Notes under the pieces: model-generated
Database searches by the model: none
What the model was told of the DNA's origin: nothing
The model's input: only the letters and a program-made list of their open reading frames with translations
In this document: positions 57,324 through 64,000 of the stretch, piece by piece
How positions within the stretch are numbered: position 1 is the first letter of the stretch
Layout of the letters: each line of letters begins with the position of its first letter
Assembly (NCBI GenBank): GCA_963723165.1
Contig: CAVRPP010000010.1
Location: 128,882-192,881, forward strand
Direction of reading: 5' to 3'
DNA length: 64,000 nt
Origin: an uncultured Actinomycetota bacterium
GTDB lineage: Bacteria > Actinomycetota > Acidimicrobiia > Spongiisociales > UBA4744
Translations under genes and position numbers: made by a program

Positions 57324-59084
57324 TCACATCCGCTCGGGGACCTCGATGCCGAGCAAATCGAGCAGCAAGTGGAGTTCTTTCAACGTCAGGTCGACCAGGG
57401 TCAGCCACGATGCCTGGCGGGCGCGGTCGCTCTCGCGGAGGATGTGGCATTCCTCGTAGAAGCGGTTGAACTGGGTGGCCAGATCGTATGCGTATTCCGC
57501 TACGTGGTTGGGGGAGCGGAGGTCGAAGGTGCGCGTCAGGACTTCCGCGAGTCGAGCCAGGTACAGCATCAGGTTGCGTTCGGCGTCGACTTGGGGCGCG
57601 ACGAGCGGCCCGGGTGCCAGTCCGGACTCCCGGGCATTGCGCAGGATCGACTTGATCCGGACGGCCGAGTACTGCAGGTAGGGCCCGGTCTTGCCTTCGA
57701 AAGAGGCGAAACGATCCAGGTCGAACAGGTAGTTGGACGTCCGGTGGTTGCTCAGGTCCCCGAATTTCAGGGCCGCGAGGCCGACCATGCGGGCGATTTC
57801 CGATCGCTCGGACTCCGGATACTCCTGGGCGATATCGGCGTCCGACAGCCGCCGCTCTGCGGCTCCGGTAACGACGGAGATCAAGTCGCGCAGCTTGAGC
57901 ACGCCACCTTTGCGGGTCTGAAATGGTTTACCGTCCGGGCCGTTCATGGTTCCGAACTTGATGTGTTCCAGGTCGACGTCGGCCGGAGCGATACCGCTGC
58001 GCCTGGCCGCCCGGAACACCTGGTCAAAATGGAACGACTGCCGGGCATCGACGACATAGAGCAGCAGCCCTCTTTGCAGATCGTCGACGCGTTGTTCGAC
58101 GGTGGCTAGATCGGTGGTCGAATAGAGGAACCCTCCGTCCGACTTGGCGACCAGGAAGGGGGGCATGTCCGTCTTGTCGGTCGGCTCGTCGATGGCGACG
58201 ACCAGCGCCCCGTCGGACTCGGTGAGGACCCCGGCCGAGTTGAGCCGTTCGATCATCGCGTCGATGCGGTTGTGCACGGTCGATTCGCCGTACCAGAGGT
58301 CGAACTCAACTCCCAGGCTGGCGAAATCTCTTCGGTGGGCTGCCATCGACACGTCGTGGAGTTGCTGCCAGAGGGCCCGGTACCCGGCCCGCCCCTGCTG
58401 GAGTTCAAAGGTGGCGATTCGGGCTCGCTCGGCCTCGTCCGGGTCCGCGGCGCAACGCGCCGAGACCAGCGGGTACATGGCTTCGAGGTCGTCGAGAGTG
58501 ATCGCAATAGCCGGGTACTTGCCGGCGAACGCCGGATCGAAGAACGGGAGTTCGGGGTAGCGTCGTTCGATCTCGACGATCAGCATGCCCATCTGGGTTC
58601 CCCAGTCGCCGAAGTGGGCATCCCCAAGCGTGTCGTGACCGAGGAATCGAGCAATTCGTTTCAGCGAGTCGCCGATGATGGTGGCTCGCAGGTGACCAAC
58701 GTGCATCTCCTTGGCAACGTTGGGGCCGCCGTAGTCGACGAGGACCTTCGAGGGTTGGACGACGGGAACTCCGTAGCGGGGATCGTCGGCTGCCTTCTGC
58801 AGCTCTCCCGCCAGGAACTCGTCGGTCAGGCTGATGTTGATGAATCCCGGTCCAGCCAGCGACAGCCCGGCAAAGCGATCGTCGCCTTGCACACGATCGA
58901 CGATGCCCTGGGCAATCTCTCGCGGAGGTCGTCCGGCTTCCTTGGCTGCAGGAAGCGCCCCGTTGCACTGGAACTGGCCGAGTTCGGGACGCTGCGAGAC
59001 GGCCACCGAGCCAAAGGTCCGGTCGAGTCCGGCCTGTTCGAAGGCGTCACCAAAGATTCGGGTGAGGTCACTGAGGAGAGACAT
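57324..59084 (-). CDS. argS: arginine--tRNA ligase
   Basis: 'HVGHLR' HIGH motif, class-I Rossmann fold, DALR anticodon-binding C-terminus; start at the internal ATG 59084. Confidence 0.9.
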   Translation of the reverse strand: MSLLSDLTRIFGDAFEQAGLDRTFGSVAVSQRPELGQFQCNGALPAAKEAGRPPREIAQGIVDRVQGDDRFAGLSLAGPGFINISLTDEFLAGELQKAADDPRYGVPVVQPSKVLVDYGGPNVAKEMHVGHLRATIIGDSLKRIARFLGHDTLGDAHFGDWGTQMGMLIVEIERRYPELPFFDPAFAGKYPAIAITLDDLEAMYPLVSARCAADPDEAERARIATFELQQGRAGYRALWQQLHDVSMAAHRRDFASLGVEFDLWYGESTVHNRIDAMIERLNSAGVLTESDGALVVAIDEPTDKTDMPPFLVAKSDGGFLYSTTDLATVEQRVDDLQRGLLLYVVDARQSFHFDQVFRAARRSGIAPADVDLEHIKFGTMNGPDGKPFQTRKGGVLKLRDLISVVTGAAERRLSDADIAQEYPESERSEIARMVGLAALKFGDLSNHRTSNYLFDLDRFASFEGKTGPYLQYSAVRIKSILRNARESGLAPGPLVAPQVDAERNLMLYLARLAEVLTRTFDLRSPNHVAEYAYDLATQFNRFYEECHILRESDRARQASWLTLVDLTLKELHLLLDLLGIEVPERM

Positions 59085-59209
59085 GCGCTGCCATTGTTGA
59101 GACTGTTGCAGGATAGGCTGCCGTAGCACCGGCACCGGATCTTGGCCGGTATCGGCGGTTGCGGAAACTTGATTGCGTGCAGCGCCCGGCAGAGAAGGAA
59201 ACGGAGCAG

Positions 59210-60178
59210 ATGGCTGGAATCCGCAAACGCAGGGTCGTGATGTTGCTGGCGATTGTTGTTGCATTGGGAGCCTGTTCGCCGCAGGGCCGTGACGGAGCGA
59301 TCACCCTGTACACCTCCGTTACTCAGGACACGGTCGATGCCGTCGTCGAGGCCTTCACCCGTGACCAGCCCGGGACCAACGTCGAGGTCTTTCGAGCCCC
59401 GACCGGTGAACTCAACGCCCGGATCGCGGTCGAGCAGCGCGAGGGCGGCATCCAGGCCGACGTCATCTGGCTGACCGATCCACTTTCGATGCAGCAATAC
59501 GACGCAGATGGGCTGCTCGGCAGCTTCACTCCAGCCGAGATCGATCAGATCCCGGCTGAGTTTCGATCCGATCGCTTCTGGGGAACCCGGCTGCTGTCGA
59601 TGGTGGTTGTGCAGCAGGCCGGTCTGGCCCCGGCGGTGAAAGGATGGGTGGATCTTGCCGATCCGGCCTTTGCCGTTGCTGCGATTCCCGACCCGGGATT
59701 CGCCGGGTCGGCACTGGGGGCTATGGCCTATCTGGCCATGGCGGATGGCTTCGGGTTCGACTTCTACGAGCGCCTTGCCGTCAACGGGGGAGTGCAGGTC
59801 AATTCGCCTGGAGATGTCGTCACCGGTGTGGCCGAAGGCCAGTTTTCCGCCGGGATGACGCTGGCATTTTCGGCCCGGGCGGCTATCGGCAAAGGCTCGC
59901 CGATCGAGATCGTCTGGCCCGAACCGGGTGCGATCGTCATGTACAGCCCCATCGCCATTACCGCCTCAACCGATGATCCGACCACGTCCGGAGCTTTCGT
60001 TGACTTCGTGCTGACCCGTGCAGGGCAGGAGGCAATTGCCCGGACCGGGTGGGAGCCGGTCCGGGAGGACGTCGCCTGGGATGTCGAGGGTGGACCGATC
60101 GTGACCCCTCCCTGGCCCGACGTTTTCGATCGACAAGACGAACTGCTGGACACTTATCGGGAGATATTTGGTGGCTAA
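59210..60178 (+). CDS. ABC transporter substrate-binding lipoprotein (Fe3+/thiamine-type, SBP family 1)
   Basis: lipobox 'LGACS'; FbpA/AfuA-like fold. Confidence 0.75.
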   Translation: MAGIRKRRVVMLLAIVVALGACSPQGRDGAITLYTSVTQDTVDAVVEAFTRDQPGTNVEVFRAPTGELNARIAVEQREGGIQADVIWLTDPLSMQQYDADGLLGSFTPAEIDQIPAEFRSDRFWGTRLLSMVVVQQAGLAPAVKGWVDLADPAFAVAAIPDPGFAGSALGAMAYLAMADGFGFDFYERLAVNGGVQVNSPGDVVTGVAEGQFSAGMTLAFSARAAIGKGSPIEIVWPEPGAIVMYSPIAITASTDDPTTSGAFVDFVLTRAGQEAIARTGWEPVREDVAWDVEGGPIVTPPWPDVFDRQDELLDTYREIFGG

Positions 60179-61808
60179 GCCGATGGCGTGGCGTCGTCCC
60201 CGCTGGACGACCTTCGGGCTCTGGATCGCAGGAATCTTGCTCCTCCTGCTCGTAGTTGTTCCACTCTTTGAGCTCTTCCGGGGTGCCATCGGAGAGGGGT
60301 GGGCATCAGCCGGCGAAGCCTTTCGGGGAACCGGGACCGGCACCGTCGTAGCGAACACACTCTGGACCGGAGCCGGCGCAACCCTTCTGGCAGTTGTGGT
60401 CGGTGCCGCGGCCGCCTTCGTGACCGAGCGGGTGCGCATCCCGGCCCGGAACTGGCTCCGGTTGGGTCTTCTACTGCCGCTGGTTACGCCGCCATTTGTC
60501 TCGGCCCTCAGTTGGGCCCAGGCCTACGGCCCGGGGGGGCTCACCGACGACCTGGCCGGATGGACGATGCCCGGTCTGTTCGGGGGAGCCGGGGTGGTCG
60601 GCGTCATTGCGGTCAACGCCGCTCCACTCGCGTACCTGGTCGTGGCCGCGGGCCTGGCGACCAGGGTGGCCCCGGATCTGGAGCGAGCTGCCCGCGCCTC
60701 CGGTTCAAATGGGTGGGAGACCTTCCGGCTGGTGACACTGCCCCTCCTTCGGACGGCCTTGCTGGGAGCCGCCGCCCTGGTGTTTGTTGTTTCGGTAAAC
60801 TCGTTCGGGATACCGGCGGTACTCGGATCGCCGGCCGGATTCGGGACCATGACCACCCGGATCTATCAGGACCTGGCTCGCTCGGCGGCGCCGGCCGCCT
60901 TCACGAGGGTGCTGGTGTTGGCGGCCGCGATGGTCGTGGTAACAGTCACCGTGGTTGCAGCCGCCGACCGCCGTTTTGGGCTGGCCCGTGCCGTCGTTCT
61001 GACCGCGGCGCCTACGGGAAGCGCAGCTCCAGCGCGGCGACGAGCCCGGTGGCCCGCCGTGGCGTTGTGGGTATATGTGACGATCACCGCCTTCGTACCC
61101 CTGCTGGCACTAGTGCTGAGCTCATTGACCAAGGCGGTCGGGTTGTCCTCCGTCCCGGCGAACTGGACGCTGGCCAATTTCGGCGAGGCGCTGTCCGGCA
61201 ACTACGGATCGGCGCTGGGTCGCAGCGTGACCCTGGCGGTGATCGCCGCCACAATCGTCGTTCTTATCGGGGGTCTTGCAGCCTCCCTGGCCAGAAGACG
61301 AAGCGGTCGTGCCATCGGCACCGCCGCCATCCTCACCTTCGCCGTCCCGGGTTCGGCCCTGGCCGTAGCCGTGCTACTCGCATACGGGCCCTGGTTACGG
61401 GACACGTTGCTGATCATCCTGGTTGCCTATCTGGCCAAATTCTGGGCTCTCGGCCATCGTTCGATCGCCGGGTCGGCAGACTCGATCCCACCCGATCTCT
61501 ACCGGGCCGCCCGGAGTGGTGGAGCCGGCCCGGTTACTGCCCTGCGGACCGTGATCGTGCCGCTGCTGTGGCCGGCGATCGCCGCGGCGTGGGCCATTGT
61601 GTTCCTGTTCGCCTTCCACGAACTGACCATGTCCACTCTGCTCTACGGTCCGGGAAGCGAGACCCTGGCAGTCGTCATCCTGAACCTGCGCCAGCTCGGT
61701 GATGTCACCGTCACGTCGGCGATGGCGGTCATGCTGACCGCTCTCGTCGTTGTGGCTTTTGTGCCCGTTTTGCTGGTTCGCCGGATCGCCGGCCGGGTCC
61801 CGCAATGA
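60168..61808 (+). CDS. ABC transporter permease with duplicated TMD (FbpB/AfuB-like)
   Basis: 546 aa; two BPD_transp_1 halves, each with an EAA-like loop. Confidence 0.8.
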   Translation: MVAKPMAWRRPRWTTFGLWIAGILLLLLVVVPLFELFRGAIGEGWASAGEAFRGTGTGTVVANTLWTGAGATLLAVVVGAAAAFVTERVRIPARNWLRLGLLLPLVTPPFVSALSWAQAYGPGGLTDDLAGWTMPGLFGGAGVVGVIAVNAAPLAYLVVAAGLATRVAPDLERAARASGSNGWETFRLVTLPLLRTALLGAAALVFVVSVNSFGIPAVLGSPAGFGTMTTRIYQDLARSAAPAAFTRVLVLAAAMVVVTVTVVAAADRRFGLARAVVLTAAPTGSAAPARRRARWPAVALWVYVTITAFVPLLALVLSSLTKAVGLSSVPANWTLANFGEALSGNYGSALGRSVTLAVIAATIVVLIGGLAASLARRRSGRAIGTAAILTFAVPGSALAVAVLLAYGPWLRDTLLIILVAYLAKFWALGHRSIAGSADSIPPDLYRAARSGGAGPVTALRTVIVPLLWPAIAAAWAIVFLFAFHELTMSTLLYGPGSETLAVVILNLRQLGDVTVTSAMAVMLTALVVVAFVPVLLVRRIAGRVPQ

Positions 61809-62845
61809 CAGCGCCCCTCGAGTGCCGCACCGTCACGGTCGCCTATGACGCCGACCCGGTCCTCAGCTCGCTCGACCTGGTTGTGGAACCGGAGGAAGTA
61901 GTCGCCGTGCTCGGACCATCCGGTTCCGGCAAGACGACCTTGCTGTATGCCGTGGCGGGTTTCGTCGACCTGGCGGCCGGTGATATCGCGATCGGCGGTC
62001 GGACGGTTGCCACGGTCGACGGAGGACAGCCGCCCGAGTTGCGGGACGTGGGATTCGTGTTCCAGCACTATGCGCTGTGGCCCCACCTCGATGCGCTTGC
62101 AACGGTTGCATATCCGCTGCGCCGTCGGGGGTTGGACGCTTCGTCAGCCGGAGAGCAAGCCCGGGATCTGCTCGATCGCATGGGCATCGCCGACCTGGCC
62201 CATCGGAGGCCTGCCGAGCTCTCGGGTGGTCAACAACAACGGGTCGGCTTGGCCCGGGCGTTGGCGGGACGTCCCGGTCTCTATTTGTTCGACGAACCGA
62301 CCGCCCACCTAGACACCTCTCTGCGCGTGGCTCTGCAGGAGCAACTGGCCGAGCAGAGGAGGGCTTCCGGGGCTGCGGCCGTGTATGCGACCCACGACTC
62401 GGGCGAAGCGCTGGCCATTGCCGATCGGATTGCCCTGCTGCGCGATGGTTCCGTGGTCCAGATCGGCGATCCCGAGGAGGTGTACAGCAGGCCGGTGGAT
62501 ATCTGGGCCGCCCGGCTGACCGGGCCGGCATCGGTGATCAACGTCGACGTTGCCCAGTCGGGCCGCCAGGAGATTGTCATTCGTTGTGACGGTCGGACGG
62601 TCAAGGCGAAAGGCGCGGCAGCGGCGTCGGGGTGGGCATCGATGCTCGTCCGCCCCGATTGGGCCGATCTGGGTGGTGACCTGCCCGGCCGGGTGACGCA
62701 CGTCTGGTATCGCGGTCCGCACACCGACTACCGGTTGGAGACCGCCGCCGGATCCGTCGAAATCCGCCGGGACGGTGCCCCCATCGCCCAGCCGGGCGAG
62801 CGAGCCACCTGGACGCTACGCCGGGTTTGGCAGGTACCGAGTTGA
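61805..62845 (+). CDS. ABC transporter ATP-binding protein (FbpC/AfuC-like)
   Basis: Walker A 'GPSGSGKTT', signature 'LSGGQQQRV', Walker B 'LFDEP'; C-terminal TOBE-like domain. Confidence 0.85.
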   Translation: MTAPLECRTVTVAYDADPVLSSLDLVVEPEEVVAVLGPSGSGKTTLLYAVAGFVDLAAGDIAIGGRTVATVDGGQPPELRDVGFVFQHYALWPHLDALATVAYPLRRRGLDASSAGEQARDLLDRMGIADLAHRRPAELSGGQQQRVGLARALAGRPGLYLFDEPTAHLDTSLRVALQEQLAEQRRASGAAAVYATHDSGEALAIADRIALLRDGSVVQIGDPEEVYSRPVDIWAARLTGPASVINVDVAQSGRQEIVIRCDGRTVKAKGAAAASGWASMLVRPDWADLGGDLPGRVTHVWYRGPHTDYRLETAAGSVEIRRDGAPIAQPGERATWTLRRVWQVPS

Positions 62846-62936
62846 CGCCGAAAGCAACTGCACTACCACGTGAGGTTCCCATCGGCGGTTATTGCCTGAT
62901 CGGTGACGCACCGATGGGGTCGTGTGCGCGTGTTCG

Positions 62937-63107
62937 TCAGCTTTGAACGGAGGCTTTCTGCTTGAGGAGGGCGGAGATTCGTTGGCGAGTGACGCCGAAC
63001 AGTTCTGCGATAGCCTCGATGGTGAGCCCTTTGGCTCGAAGCGCCAGCGCTTCCGCTGCTCGGAACTCGGCGCCGGCGGTGGGCGTTCGAGGCTCCCGGG
63101 CTCGGCG
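62937..63107 (-). pseudogene. start-less HTH-encoding ORF fragment (resolvase/sigma-region-4-like helix-turn-helix), possible gene remnant
   Basis: minus-strand frame reads '...AEFRAAEALALRAKGLTIEAIAELFGVTRQRISALLKQKASVQS*' with no in-frame ATG/GTG/TTG after the upstream stop; the neighbouring +1 frame carries an ATG at 63150. Confidence 0.35.
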
Positions 63108-63335
63108 AACTACCGGTCGAGCGAACCGTCAGAGGCTGTCCTACCGCCAACTTCTCTGGCGAGCATCGGAGCGATCATCGATCTCGTGGAGACCACGAGC
63201 AGTGCCACTCACCGTGAGTCAGAGTATTTGCCAAACTGCACGCCAGCGTGCCGATCTGGGTGGGTTGTGCTCTGGGTAGTTTAGGAAGATACTTGAAGGT
63301 GAGCATGCCTGTGAACCCGCCCTGGAGGTGATCTC

Positions 63336-63743
63336 TTGCGACGATTACTTGCCGTTCTCTTGACTGTTCTGGTTCTCGCTGGCAGCACCGGCTGCTCCGG
63401 CGAGGTATCGCAGCAGGAGCAAATCGTGGGTACGTGGGTGACCAACCTCCACGGCACCTACGTTGCCTTCAACGATGACGGAACATACGGCAAAGGTAAG
63501 AGCCCGGAACAGGCAATGGGTACGCAGTTCGGGCAGTTCGAGTCGGGTACCTGGACCCTCGAGGAAGGCCTCCTGACCTTCGCTACCAGTGAGGATTCGC
63601 AAGATTGCAACGGCGCCATGGGGACATATGAGGTGGGGATCGCTGACACGGGTGACCAAGTCCTCATCACCCTGATCGACGACACCTGCGCTTCACGAAT
63701 AGCTGATTTCCCGAGCGGCCTGACCCGGCACACCGAACCGTGA
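63336..63743 (+). CDS. small lipoprotein of unknown function
   Basis: TTG start with strong SD GGAGGTG; lipobox 'LAGSTGCSG'. Confidence 0.6.
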   Translation: MRRLLAVLLTVLVLAGSTGCSGEVSQQEQIVGTWVTNLHGTYVAFNDDGTYGKGKSPEQAMGTQFGQFESGTWTLEEGLLTFATSEDSQDCNGAMGTYEVGIADTGDQVLITLIDDTCASRIADFPSGLTRHTEP

Positions 63744-64000
63744 CACCGTGGTGATGGCCGCGTAGCCGACACCTGCAATGGCGTCCTAGTTCCGCCCGCT
63801 CCGTAACCGGCTGGATGCGCTCACGGAACGAACACCAGGCTGAATCTGAGGCCGGCAAGGTTTGCGCTGGTACCTGAAGCGTCGGAAACGTGGCGAGCTC
63901 CGGTATGCGTGGTTTAGCGATGTGAGCCTCTTGCACTGGAAGTGCCGATACGGGTGGCTTGTGTCACACTTGTCGGATGCCTGAATCAGATCCTCACGGC

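Noticed and set aside
60690-60720. 'GGTTCAAATGGG' as a possible tRNA-Sec anticodon loop (TCA)
   Set aside because: It lies inside the ABC permease reading frame. The flanks cannot form anticodon or acceptor stems.

Overview
This is a high-GC chromosomal segment from an Actinomycetota-type bacterium. WhiB, a GlnR-like regulator with two glnA genes, ask-asd, MurJ and an Eis-like GNAT support that placement. Genes are dense, on both strands, with frequent 1-4 nt start/stop overlaps.

Most of the window is core metabolism and housekeeping. I call a thiolase, methylmalonyl-CoA epimerase, MurJ, ask-asd, selA-selB, two glutamine synthetases with a GlnR-like regulator, Mrp/IscA/RidA/ALDH genes, hydantoinase A/B, glycolate oxidase glcDEF, argS, an Fe(III)-type ABC transporter and one tRNA-Pro(CGG).

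Nine observations stand out, in order of interest:
- Best novel-system candidate: a four-gene putative exopolysaccharide-synthase module at 2297-6692. It comprises a membrane protein, a CheY-like receiver, a HEAT-repeat membrane protein and a PgaC/NodC-like processive GT2 synthase. It is bracketed by unusual heptanucleotide tandem repeats and preceded by a perfect (CTGGCTA)6 slip-prone tract.
- Repeat family: tandem heptamers with a CCAGT/ACTGG core occur in at least five intergenic sites between 2.1 and 30 kb.
- Duplication scar: a ~98-bp direct repeat, a decayed copy of the 3' end of a GNAT gene, flanks a single SRPBCC gene at 40.9-41.8 kb.
- Likely frameshifted fusion: an AAA-TPR ATPase ORF and a transmembrane PQQ beta-propeller ORF probably encode one protein.
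- Orphan selA-selB: no selD, tRNA-Sec or selenoprotein is visible in the window.
- Unknown pair: an unassigned 593-aa protein sits downstream of a small PLDc_N membrane protein.
- Three tandem GNAT genes lie next to argS.
- An M23 peptidase carries a 24-bp in-frame tandem repeat.
- A start-less HTH gene remnant lies next to a perfect palindrome.

No CRISPR array, IS element, integrase or prophage is evident.
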